DNA of 64,000 nucleotides from Alphaproteobacteria bacterium (GTDB lineage Bacteria; Pseudomonadota; Alphaproteobacteria; RF32; CAG-239): NCBI GenBank assembly GCA_017935485.1, contig JAGBHO010000023.1, positions 7,952 to 71,951 of the forward strand, read 5' to 3'. Shown piece by piece: positions 28,861 to 37,263 of this stretch (position 1 is its first letter; each line of letters starts with the position of its first letter). The notes under the pieces were generated by a model. It saw only the letters and a program-made list of their open reading frames with translations, ran no database searches and was not told where the DNA came from. The position numbers and the translations under genes were made by a program.

Positions 28861-29508
28861 ATGGCTTTTATTTTTATGGATGAAAGTGGCGATTTAGGTT
28901 TTGATTTTAGTAAAGCTAAAACAAGTCAATACTTTGTTATGGCATTTTTAATTTCGGAAAATGAGCGCTGTTTAAATAAAATTGTTGCACAAACATTCAA
29001 ATCAATCAATAAAAAAGAACGCGCAACACATAGCGGATTCTTACATTGTAACAAAGAAAAAGAAGGTGTAAGGCTAAAGTTATTACAGCTTTTGCAAGAC
29101 CAACAAACAATCTCAATAATCATCATTAAACTGAATAAAAAACGTATCTTCACGCGGTTAAATAATGAAAAGCAGGCTTTGTACAATTATGTTTGTAATA
29201 TCTTGTTAGATAGATTAATTAATAAAAATATCCTGCCTCCGGAAGAGGCTGTGACATTTATTGCTTCTCGTCGCGAAACAAATAAATTTATGAATGAACA
29301 ATTCAAAAATTATATAAAAGAAAATATTCAGAGCAACCATAATTTACCAATAAAAGTAGATGTAAAAACTCCGCAGAGCAGTAAAGGATTGCAGGTTGTT
29401 GATTTTATATCTTGGTCGGTGTTCCGTTATTATGAATATCAGGATAACTGCTATTATGATATGATAAAAAAACTGATAGTAGAAGATTATTCGCTTTACG
29501 GCATATAA
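28861..29508 (+). CDS. DUF3800-family protein
   Basis: N-terminal MAFIFMDESGD and C-terminal GLQVVDFISWSVF match the DUF3800 signature blocks. The gene is visibly much more AT-rich than its neighbours. Confidence 0.7.
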   Translation: MAFIFMDESGDLGFDFSKAKTSQYFVMAFLISENERCLNKIVAQTFKSINKKERATHSGFLHCNKEKEGVRLKLLQLLQDQQTISIIIIKLNKKRIFTRLNNEKQALYNYVCNILLDRLINKNILPPEEAVTFIASRRETNKFMNEQFKNYIKENIQSNHNLPIKVDVKTPQSSKGLQVVDFISWSVFRYYEYQDNCYYDMIKKLIVEDYSLYGI

Positions 29509-29660
29509 AAAGCGAAGAACCCTGCTTGCACTTTAGGTTTTAACCTTGAGGAACCATCCGGAACCCCACAATCAGGGAAATTACCTTCGCATAAATATTA
29601 TATAGCATATAAATAGCAGAAATGCAACCTGTTTTATAGCATAAATCCTATATAAGTATT

Positions 29661-30242
29661 TTAATAAAACATCCAGATGATGGCGTTGGTGGGGTCGTTT
29701 TCTGCCTCGCAGAGCGTGCTTGCCAGCTCTTCTGACATCGGCAGGGCGGACTTGTCATATTTTGTTTCTGCCGTCTGCGGAATTTCTGTTTCAATCGGCT
29801 TGATGTCCACGCCGGCAATACCGGCCAGTTGAAACGGCGTAGACAGCAAAGAAACACAGCCTTTTTTGCTCAGGCCGTTATAAATAATTGCAAAAGCGCC
29901 GTTGTCCACATTCAGGTATTTTGTCGGCGCAATAAAGACCGAACCGCCGTAAGAATTTGTCACATTGCCGTCTTTGTCAAGCATATCAGCGGGAATCAAC
30001 GCCGTTGCCCGTAAAGAGTCAATATCCATGCCGGAATAGTCCGGCGTAGCGGCATAAGCCGTGTGAATATTGTTGCTTAATGCTTGCAAGTTCTCAATGG
30101 CTTTTGACAACTTGAACTTTTCGGCAGAACTGTTGAGCGAAGACGAAATCATCAGATAAATAATCAGCGCCAAAACCGGAATCCCGACCAACTCGGCAAT
30201 CAGCCTGTGCTTTTTGTCAGCAAAATAACCTTTTTTCTTCAT
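29661..30242 (-). CDS. Pilin-like paralog lacking a canonical prepilin cleavage motif
   Basis: Shares KFKLSKA...YNGLSKKGCVSL...LCEAENDPTNAIIWMFY with the prepilin at 30853..31437. The N-terminus is KKHRLIAELVG, with His where Gly(-1) is expected. SD ggaga precedes ATG 30242. Confidence 0.65.
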   Translation of the reverse strand: MKKKGYFADKKHRLIAELVGIPVLALIIYLMISSSLNSSAEKFKLSKAIENLQALSNNIHTAYAATPDYSGMDIDSLRATALIPADMLDKDGNVTNSYGGSVFIAPTKYLNVDNGAFAIIYNGLSKKGCVSLLSTPFQLAGIAGVDIKPIETEIPQTAETKYDKSALPMSEELASTLCEAENDPTNAIIWMFY

Positions 30243-30357
30243 CACATTCTCCGTTTTGTTGTTGGCAATGCTGTCTGTTTCTTCCAACTATATAATGTAA
30301 TGGTAACTTTCAAGTTAAGAACAAACGAATATTTTTAGCTTTTAAATACTTGCAGTA

Positions 30358-30415
30358 TGTAAAATACATTTTACAAAACAAACAAAAATATATAAAATGT
30401 AAAATATATTTTACA
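30358..30415. promoter_or_regulatory. Two 18-bp palindromes (putative operator pair) upstream of the pilin-like gene
   Basis: tgtaaaataCattttaca at 30358-30375 (one mismatch) and the perfect tgtaaaatatattttaca at 30398-30415. Centres are 40 bp apart in an AT-rich spacer. Confidence 0.5.
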
Positions 30416-30741
30416 GTTTTAAAAACTTTTACTTTCTGCTTCCCTCTTTTTCTCTTTGTAATTCTCGTGCTGTCTTTTATGTTATCCTCGGGCTCTTTTA
30501 TTTTTTGTCATTGCCGGGCTTGAAGTCGATGGTTGGTGAGAACGAGTGCAAATCTCTAGCTTCAGCTTAGATTTGTACGAAGTTCGAACCCTACGGGACG
30601 CAATTGCATTCGGCGTTGCATGCCGTAGGCACTGTAAACGCCGGCTAAAATCGCTGAGCTTGCGAAGTGCCAAGGGGCCCGCTTGCGGGAATTTACACCC
30701 GGCAATCCATAAAGAAACAGGCAGGGTGCTTGTTATGAGAT

Positions 30742-30770
30742 GGATCCCCGGGTCGCAGCCCGGGGATGAC
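30742..30770. repeat. REP-like palindromic element
   Basis: ggatccccgggtcgcagcccggggatgac, the same GTCAYYC-stem-loop-stem-GGRTCC architecture as the elements at 32265-32530. Confidence 0.7.
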
Positions 30771-30794
30771 TGTAAAAAAACAACCAGAGGATGA

Positions 30795-30831
30795 CAAAAA
30801 AAAGCGCTTTGGTTTTCTGCCAAAGCGCTTT
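30795..30831 (-). terminator. Strong intrinsic terminator after the major prepilin gene
   Basis: Perfect 11-bp stem aagcgctttgg / ccaaagcgctt with loop ttttctg. An A8 run on the plus strand gives a T-run on the minus strand. Confidence 0.85.
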
Positions 30832-30852
30832 TGTTTGATGTGCCATTGTGTT

Positions 30853-31437
30853 TTAGTAATAAAACCAAGTGATAGAATTAGTCGCTGTTTTTGCTGTACA
30901 GCTTGCGGCTGCATTTGCCAAAGAAACCGGTAATTTTGATGTATCATATGTTGGATTCGGGTTCCCATCAGGATCAGCCGCGACTGCAGCGTTTGATACA
31001 GAAAGTCCAATCAAGCCGGCAGAACCCCAGTCAGCCGTTGCCAAGCTCATGCAGGCTTCTTTATCCAGACCGTTATAAGCAATTGCAAAACCTGTTTCTG
31101 TAATACCGTTATTATCAACGGCACCCAACAAAACGCTTCCACCGAAAGCATTGACCAAATCATCAGATTTAGCCGCAAACATATCCCGAGAAGCTAATCC
31201 GTAAGCACGGGCAGTTGCCGTAGATAATCCGCTATAAGTTGCCATAGACGCATAGGTCGTACGGATATTGGCCACCAGCATGGACATCTGATCCATTGCC
31301 TTGGACAATTTAAATTTTGCCATTGCTTTTGAATATCCTGAAATACCGCCTACGGACAGCACGCCGATAATCGCCAGCACACCGAGCATCTCGACCATTG
31401 AACGGCCGCTCTGCTCACTATTCATAAACTTTCTCAT
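30853..31437 (-). CDS. pilS: Type IV prepilin (PilS-like major pilin)
   Basis: MRKFMNSEQSG|RSMVEMLGVLAIIGVLSVGG has Gly(-1) and Glu(+5) followed by a hydrophobic helix. A C-terminal Cys pair (CMSL...SCTAK) is present. SD gaggag precedes ATG 31437 and a strong terminator follows. Confidence 0.8.
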   Translation of the reverse strand: MRKFMNSEQSGRSMVEMLGVLAIIGVLSVGGISGYSKAMAKFKLSKAMDQMSMLVANIRTTYASMATYSGLSTATARAYGLASRDMFAAKSDDLVNAFGGSVLLGAVDNNGITETGFAIAYNGLDKEACMSLATADWGSAGLIGLSVSNAAVAADPDGNPNPTYDTSKLPVSLANAAASCTAKTATNSITWFYY

Positions 31438-31609
31438 GACACATCTCCTCAAAATACGTTCTGTTTATGATTTCATCTTAGCAAAATTATCACTTTTATT
31501 CAATTTTAACTTTAGTCATAAAAAATATATAACTTCACCAAGGCACTATTACTTTCGTCATATAACGGTTATATAACTTATTCGTTAAAAAAGCTTAAAT
31601 ATTCCGATT

Positions 31610-32170
31610 TTATTCATAACCGAAAATTAAGACATTGTTTTTGCCGCAGCTTTCTTTGGCTTCGGAAAGGCTGACCGGCAAAGGGTTTTCTCCGCCCCAG
31701 CTGAAAGTTTTTTCATGCTTATCTGATAAAATAACAATATCATTCAGGCCAAGCTGGTCTTTTTCATTGCTGTTATAAGTGGCAATGCCGACACATTCGC
31801 TTTTATCCAGCCCTTTGTATACAATATTAAAACGCCTTGCCCCCGGCATCAGCGCCGTACCGTCTGCACCGTCGCCGACCAAAACCGGCAGGTCAAGGGC
31901 ATTCAGCAAACCGTTTCCGGCAATCATGTCTGCCGGTGCGGCTTTCAACTTAAGAACCTCTGCCGTGTTCAGTCCGCGGTAGTCGCTCCGAACCTGAAAC
32001 TTCTGACGGATGGAAGCCGCCAGTTGCGGGACTTGTTGCGCGGCTTTGACAATTTTCGGATTGGTTTTAAATGTCATCATAATCAGCCCGATAAGACCGA
32101 TGACAATCAGAATTGATAAAATCCACCTTTGCGGTGAAATTTTTTTGATTTTTTCTGATAAACTTGCCAT
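31610..32170 (-). CDS. Pilin-like paralog with an uncleavable-looking N-terminal anchor
   Basis: YKGLDKSECVGIA...SCGKNNVLIFGYE parallels the other two pilin genes. The N-terminus has a TM helix but no G/E(+5) motif. Strong SD gggaggg. Confidence 0.6.
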   Translation of the reverse strand: MASLSEKIKKISPQRWILSILIVIGLIGLIMMTFKTNPKIVKAAQQVPQLAASIRQKFQVRSDYRGLNTAEVLKLKAAPADMIAGNGLLNALDLPVLVGDGADGTALMPGARRFNIVYKGLDKSECVGIATYNSNEKDQLGLNDIVILSDKHEKTFSWGGENPLPVSLSEAKESCGKNNVLIFGYE

Positions 32171-32264
32171 TTTCCCTCCCTTTTTTGTTATGTTTTTGGG
32201 TTGTTTTTCGTTTTTTATCTGTCAGCCTAAGTCTCTTTCTCTGTTGTCCAGAGTCTCTTTTTTC

Positions 32265-32530
32265 GTCATCCTGAGCTCCTTTTTTTGTCATCCTGAGCGA
32301 AGCGAAGGATCCAGTCAAACAAATCAGCTTTATTAATCAACTGGATTCTTCGTTGCACTCAGAATGACGGGCTTTATTTTTCGTCACCCTCAGGCTGTTT
32401 TTATTTTTCGTCACCCTCGGGCTTCGACCCGAGGGTCCATCTCTCAACAAACACTCTGCCTGTTTCTTTATGGATTCTCGGGTCAAGCCCGAGAATGACA
32501 AAGAAGTATAATAAGCCCGAGAATGACCGT
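32265..32530. repeat. Cluster of REP-like palindromic elements in both orientations
   Basis: gtcatcctgagcgaagcgaaggatcc (32287-32312), ggattcttcgttgcactcagaatgac (32343-32368), gtcaccctcgggcttcgacccgagggtcc (32409-32437), ggattctcgggtcaagcccgagaatgac (32472-32499), plus partial copies. Confidence 0.8.
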
Positions 32531-32576
32531 ACTTCTTCTTCAAAGCACATCCTCTATCACATCCCCGCCGGAGCAT

Positions 32577-32680
32577 CGCGGGTCTCATGGCACCGCATAA
32601 ACCGATCGCCGCCGACGTTCGGCCGCGGGTCTCATGGCACCGCATAAACCGATCGCTGCCGACGTTCGGCCGCGGGGTTC
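32577..32680. repeat. 47-bp direct repeat, two copies plus a partial third, GC-rich
   Basis: cgcgggtctcatggcaccgcataaaccgatcgc(c/t)gccgacgttcggc at 32577 and 32624. Each copy ends in the hairpin gccga-cgt-tcggc, which recurs at 32739-32751. Confidence 0.9.
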
Positions 32681-32757
32681 TAAGGCTCTGACAAACTGAC
32701 GCCTCACCCGCCGGGTGTGCCGCGCGCCTGCCGTGCAGGCCGACGTTCGGCTGCAGG

Positions 32758-33882
32758 TTAGCCGCGCCCCATGTTGCTGGTAATCTGGTCTTGCATTTCA
32801 AAAGTGCCCATAACTGCCCAGGCAATAACGCCGCCGATAGACAACAATGCTACCATGTTTAAGATTGAGGCTTTTTGTTCAATCAAGTACACACTTTCAT
32901 CCAGCCAGTCATTAGCCAGTTTTTCCAAAGCTTCTTCAAAGTTGTCCAACTCGGAATAAATCTTGAGGTCGCCGATAATCTCAACATCCGGAAAGTCCAG
33001 ATTTGTTTTGGCCAGAGCCTGTCCGAGGTTTTCACCGGCATTAATGTACACCAGCGTCTTGTCAATGCGTTCTTTCAGATATCGGCTGGAATCGCGCCGC
33101 AGTGCCCTGAGTGCGGTCGAAACCGGTGTTCCGCCTTTTACCAGAGCCGAAAGCGCCAAAAGCCAGCTGATACCGGTAAAGACTTTATACAAAGACCAAG
33201 GCGGCAGTTTGTCAAAAAACGCCCGTATCGGACCGGTCCAAATTCCGATGGTGCTGTAAATCACAATCATAATAATCGGCAAAGCCGAAAACGCGACAAT
33301 CCAGTAGTCTTTAATCCAGTAAGAAACGTCAACCAGATCTCTGGCCAACCCCGTCCAGACCACATCCGGCGCGGCGTCAATCATCGGCGGCACCATATAG
33401 GCACCGATGGCGTAAATAATCAAAACCGCCATCATGAACAAAAAGCTCGGATAAGTAACGGCACCGATAATCGGACGCACCATCTTGGCAGAACCTTCGG
33501 TCACGCGGATAAGGTTTAATAACGCCATTTCAAGGTCGGAAACGTCACCGACCGAAAGCATCAGCCTTTCGCGGTCGGGCGCCCAGCCTTTCAGCGCATC
33601 GGAAAACGGAATACCGTTTTGCAGCTTTTTTGACCATTCGACAATGGCAATGGCAAAAGGCTCGCCGGCATTTTTTCCGCCGTTGGAAATGCCGTCATGC
33701 AGACGGTCGAGCGCATCCATCAAAGAAAAGCGGTTGCGCATCAGCGAGGCGATTTTGCGATAAAGTTTCAGCCGCGCGCCGTTAGACATGTTAACGACCA
33801 GCCTGGCATATTGCACCTCAACGGCATTCAGGCGGCTCATCGCTTTTTGTAATGAAGCAGATCTTCTGTCATCTCTTGCCAT
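32758..33882 (-). CDS. pilR: Type IV pilus inner-membrane platform protein (GspF/PilC family; PilR in R64 nomenclature)
   Basis: 374 aa with two GspF-like repeats and three TM helices. It lies directly downstream of the assembly ATPase. Confidence 0.8.
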   Translation of the reverse strand: MARDDRRSASLQKAMSRLNAVEVQYARLVVNMSNGARLKLYRKIASLMRNRFSLMDALDRLHDGISNGGKNAGEPFAIAIVEWSKKLQNGIPFSDALKGWAPDRERLMLSVGDVSDLEMALLNLIRVTEGSAKMVRPIIGAVTYPSFLFMMAVLIIYAIGAYMVPPMIDAAPDVVWTGLARDLVDVSYWIKDYWIVAFSALPIIMIVIYSTIGIWTGPIRAFFDKLPPWSLYKVFTGISWLLALSALVKGGTPVSTALRALRRDSSRYLKERIDKTLVYINAGENLGQALAKTNLDFPDVEIIGDLKIYSELDNFEEALEKLANDWLDESVYLIEQKASILNMVALLSIGGVIAWAVMGTFEMQDQITSNMGRG

Positions 33883-33900
33883 AATTTCAAACTCCGGTTT

Positions 33901-35577
33901 TTAGTATGACGGGCGCTGGTCAAGCAAACCGCACCAACGCTCGATTTCTTCCAAATCCAAATATCCTTTGAGCATGCGCTCAATAGCGGCATCACGCAAT
34001 GTCCGGCCGCCCAAATCTCCAGTCCAGTAGTCAATGGCCTTTCTGGTTTCGCCGGTAGTCATCAGCTCCAGAAAAGTCGCGTCCGGCAGAATAATCTCCG
34101 GCACGCTCATCCGGCCTTTAACCCCTTGGTTGCCGCAATATTTGCAGCCCGGCCCGCGAATGTAGGTGTTTTCAATTCCGAAATCACCCAAAGCCGTCTT
34201 CAAACGCTTAACCGAAGGCTGGTCAAGCTTTTCCTTCACCGAAACGCGGCAGTGCGGGCAAAGCTTGCGGAACAAACGCTGCGAAATCAGCCCTTTCATA
34301 ATTTCCGGATCCGTCAGCTTAAAAGGTTCCACGCCCATGTCCATCAGACGCGTAATAATCGCCGGCGCTGAGTTGGCGTGCAGGGTTGTCCACATTCCGT
34401 GTCCGGACAACGCGCCCTTAAACGCCAGTTGTGCCGCAGCCAGAGTACGCACCTCGCCCACCATAATAACGTCAGGGTCGGAACGCAGGGCGGCGGCAAG
34501 CGCTTTGTTGAACTGTTCGTCTTTTTCTTCTTCGGTGTTGGCGTTGGTCACCGGCATTTGCCGCGCCCCCGGAATGGGGTATTCAGGCGGATCTTCCACG
34601 GTCAGGAGGTTAATTTCATAGTTTTTTTCCTGCAAAAGCTTGATCATGTTTCTTTGCAGAGTTGTAGATTTTCCGGAACCGGTCGGGCCGGCAATAATCG
34701 AAATGCCGACCGGCACGGCACGCAGGCGATAAAACAGGTTTTCTTCATATTCGCCGAAACCCAGAGCCTGCAAGTCTCCGGAACCGTCGGGGTTGTCATC
34801 GGCGTATAACAGACGCATAACCAGATATTGCGAACCGAAAGCAATCGGATTAAATTGCAGACGAATAGCCAACACGTTGTGCGGCAGCATCAATTTGCCT
34901 TTGGAACCGCGCAACGGTGTCGAACCAAGCTTTTGTGCGGCCTGAAATTCGTTTTGCGTATAGTTTGCGTCAGAAATGTCGGAAGACGCAAATGCCGCAC
35001 GAACAAAAGCCTCGCCCCAGTCTTTGTTATATTCCATCATCGTCTGCATCATACCGTTGATACGGAACAAAATCTGCGTACTGTCCGCCACCACGATATG
35101 AATATCGGACACTTTTAAAACTGCGGCACGTTCCACAACCTGCACAAAGTCTTTTTGCATTTGCATCTGGTCGGCGGTCAGATCGACCGTATCGGCCTCT
35201 TCCGCAGCCACGTTGGCGGCACGCTCGCCGTAAGTATAAATGGCGTTTAATTCGTTTTGGGAAACATATGTCGGTTTGTTGATGGTAACTTTTTTCTTGC
35301 GTGCCAAGACCTCAAAGCTCAGAACGCGGCCGTCAAACTTATGCGTCTCCGACACCAGAAACAGCCCGTTTGAGAACAAGGCCAGCAGACGGCGGGTATC
35401 GTCGTTAATGATAAAATCTTCGCTGTTCGGAAGTGTCAGAAGAGTAACCCCCTGAGGAAAGTAGTCTTCAACCCGCCTTCCGGCTTTTCGGCTGGCTTCT
35501 TCTTCAATAACGCCGCCGCTGGTGACTACTTTCTCGGGAGTTTGGGAGCTTAAGCCTGTTCCATCCTCTTCTGCCAT
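33901..35577 (-). CDS. pilQ: Type IV pilus assembly ATPase (GspE/PilB family; PilQ in R64 nomenclature)
   Basis: Walker A GPTGSGKST, Asp box VEDPPEYP, MVGEVRTLAAAQLAFKGALSGHGMWTTLHAN, and a tetracysteine motif CPHC...CKYC. Confidence 0.9.
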   Translation of the reverse strand: MAEEDGTGLSSQTPEKVVTSGGVIEEEASRKAGRRVEDYFPQGVTLLTLPNSEDFIINDDTRRLLALFSNGLFLVSETHKFDGRVLSFEVLARKKKVTINKPTYVSQNELNAIYTYGERAANVAAEEADTVDLTADQMQMQKDFVQVVERAAVLKVSDIHIVVADSTQILFRINGMMQTMMEYNKDWGEAFVRAAFASSDISDANYTQNEFQAAQKLGSTPLRGSKGKLMLPHNVLAIRLQFNPIAFGSQYLVMRLLYADDNPDGSGDLQALGFGEYEENLFYRLRAVPVGISIIAGPTGSGKSTTLQRNMIKLLQEKNYEINLLTVEDPPEYPIPGARQMPVTNANTEEEKDEQFNKALAAALRSDPDVIMVGEVRTLAAAQLAFKGALSGHGMWTTLHANSAPAIITRLMDMGVEPFKLTDPEIMKGLISQRLFRKLCPHCRVSVKEKLDQPSVKRLKTALGDFGIENTYIRGPGCKYCGNQGVKGRMSVPEIILPDATFLELMTTGETRKAIDYWTGDLGGRTLRDAAIERMLKGYLDLEEIERWCGLLDQRPSY

Positions 35578-35586
35578 TTTTTCAAA

Positions 35587-37263
35587 TTACCTCAGGATCA
35601 TGTCTTTGCTGACGCCGGGGATTCCGCGGCTGGAAACAACCGATTTTTTGGGTTTTTCCGTTGCCGTTTTTTCTTTGTTCTTTTCCTCGGCCTCTTTTTC
35701 AATTGCCTTTGCGGCGCCGTTCAGCGGTTCTTTGTCAATCACGCCGCCGGCGGAGAAGTAGAGATAATCTTTAATGCCGCCTCTGTCAACACGAACATGG
35801 GTCGTAGCAATCTGGTCAACTTTTTGGCCTGTTTGCAACATCGTGCCCGTTCTTGCCAAAAACGTCTGTCCGTCGCGGTTCATCAGCTTGGCAACCAGCT
35901 CATCGCCCTGGCCGGTAATTTCCATGACCACATAAAGGTCACTGACGCGGAGTTCTTCTTCCTCGTCTTCTTCCGGTTCGGCGGCGGCATTAGCCGGAAC
36001 TTGCCCGTCAGCAAACGGATTGGTCTTCTTTTCGGCTTCCAGACGTGCTTTCAGAATAGAAATCTGCGTCTGCAGTTCCGAAACCTCTTTTTTGTGGTTT
36101 TCTACGGCTGTTTCTGCAACCTGATTGGCTCTGTTCAATGCATCCATCAGGCGGGTCAGCCTTTCTTTAACATTCTGGGTAAATTCCTCACGGTCTTTTT
36201 TCTCGTGGGCTATCCGCTCATAAATGCCGGCGTTGTTTTCAATCCAACGCTGCTGTTCTTTCAGCATCTGTTCTTTATAAGCATTCAACAGGCCTTCCTG
36301 ACGCATTTTTTCATAAGCAATCTCAACCTTGCGCAACTTGACTTGCTCTTCAATGATTTTGCGTTCCTGCTCTTTTTCCCATTCCTGTCTTTTAAGTCTT
36401 TCGGCTTCTTCTTTTTCAAAAACTTCGTTTTGGGCTTTCAGACGCTGAGCCTTGATTGCCTCAATTTCATTTTTGAGTTTTTCCCTGCGCAGTTCCAAAG
36501 ACAAGATGGCCGTCTGTTTTTCAATGTCCGTCATCTGGGAGAAAATTTCATCGTCAAGCTCTTCCAAAACGTTCATTGCGGCAGTTGTCTGCGGCAGGGT
36601 AGGCGCAGCGTCCTGCTCGGGAGGCAGCAAACCGCCCGTTTTGGGAACAATGCCTCCCGGAACGGCACCCGTCTTCGGAACTATGCCTCCCGGCAGCGCG
36701 CCGGTTTTCGGCACAATGGGAGCTTCGCCGGTCTTGGGCACGATGCCTGTTTTCGGTACAATCGGCGCAGCGCCCGTCTTCGGGACTATGCCGCCCGGCA
36801 ACGCGCCGGTTTTCGGCACAATGGGAGCTTCGCCGGTCTTGGGCACGATGCCGGTTTTCGGTACAATCGGTGCGGCGCCCGTTTTTGGGACTATACCGCC
36901 CGGCAATGCGCCGGTTTTCGGCACAATGGGAGCTTCGCCGGTCTTGGGCACGATGCCTGTTTTGGGTACAATCGGTGCGGCGCCCGTTTTCGGGACTATG
37001 CCGCCCGGCAATGCGCCGGTTTTCGGCACTATTCCTTGCGCCGGAGCCAATAAGCCGCCTTTGCTGCCGTCTTTATCTATGCTGAGCTGGGGTTTGGGAG
37101 CCGCAGAACCGCCGAGTTCATCGGCAGAAATGCCAAACTCGTCGTCAAATCCCAAATCTATGGCTGAGTCTTTATCGGCCGCCATCGCATTTCCGGAAAA
37201 CATCATTCCCAAAATGAGCGCTGCCAAAGCCCTCCGGCTAAAATCTTTCTTACTATAACACAT
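35587..37263 (-). CDS. pilP: PilP-like pilus biogenesis protein expanded by IVPKTG repeats and a long coiled coil
   Basis: Signal peptide, 15 IVPKTG units, an E/K coiled coil, then LYVVMEITGQGDELVAKLMNRDGQTFLARTGTMLQTGQKVDQIATTHVRV, which resembles the PilP beta-domain. SD aaggag precedes ATG 37263. Confidence 0.55.
   Translation of the reverse strand: MCYSKKDFSRRALAALILGMMFSGNAMAADKDSAIDLGFDDEFGISADELGGSAAPKPQLSIDKDGSKGGLLAPAQGIVPKTGALPGGIVPKTGAAPIVPKTGIVPKTGEAPIVPKTGALPGGIVPKTGAAPIVPKTGIVPKTGEAPIVPKTGALPGGIVPKTGAAPIVPKTGIVPKTGEAPIVPKTGALPGGIVPKTGAVPGGIVPKTGGLLPPEQDAAPTLPQTTAAMNVLEELDDEIFSQMTDIEKQTAILSLELRREKLKNEIEAIKAQRLKAQNEVFEKEEAERLKRQEWEKEQERKIIEEQVKLRKVEIAYEKMRQEGLLNAYKEQMLKEQQRWIENNAGIYERIAHEKKDREEFTQNVKERLTRLMDALNRANQVAETAVENHKKEVSELQTQISILKARLEAEKKTNPFADGQVPANAAAEPEEDEEEELRVSDLYVVMEITGQGDELVAKLMNRDGQTFLARTGTMLQTGQKVDQIATTHVRVDRGGIKDYLYFSAGGVIDKEPLNGAAKAIEKEAEEKNKEKTATEKPKKSVVSSRGIPGVSKDMILR
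36630..37045. repeat. 105-bp in-frame tandem repeat, about 3.7 copies, inside the PilP-like gene
   Basis: ccggttttcggcacaatggg recurs at 36701, 36806, 36911 and 37016 (exact 105-bp period). Each unit encodes IVPKTGALPGGIVPKTGAAPIVPKTGIVPKTGEAP. Confidence 0.95.

Noticed and set aside
30560-30610. The gaagttcgaaccctacggg segment looked like a tRNA T-arm fragment (a possible att site).
   Set aside because: The flanking bases do not form a T-stem or acceptor stem on either strand. gttcgaac is just a short palindrome.
29661-32170. The three pilin paralogs might form an R64-like shufflon or a DGR target.
   Set aside because: No Rci-type recombinase or reverse transcriptase is present in the window, there are no sfx-like inverted repeats inside the pilin 3' ends, and all three genes are in the same orientation with their own starts.
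32337-32825. 162-aa minus-strand ORF downstream of pilR.
   Set aside because: It is composed of REP-like palindromes and the 47-bp GC-rich repeats (Arg/Gly/Pro/Ala-rich translation) and overlaps the pilR 3' end. It is a repeat-derived artefact.
36630-37045. The VPKTG repeats look like sortase LPXTG sorting signals.
   Set aside because: There are fifteen internal copies with no following hydrophobic/basic tail, in a diderm-type context (secretin, lipoproteins). The resemblance to LPKTG is taken as coincidental.
35797-37053. 418-aa (and 268-aa) plus-strand ORFs across the PilP-like gene.
   Set aside because: They are antisense or off-frame readings of the 105-bp repeat and the coiled-coil region, which lack stops because of the biased composition. 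The minus-strand frame has a signal peptide, an SD and operon context.
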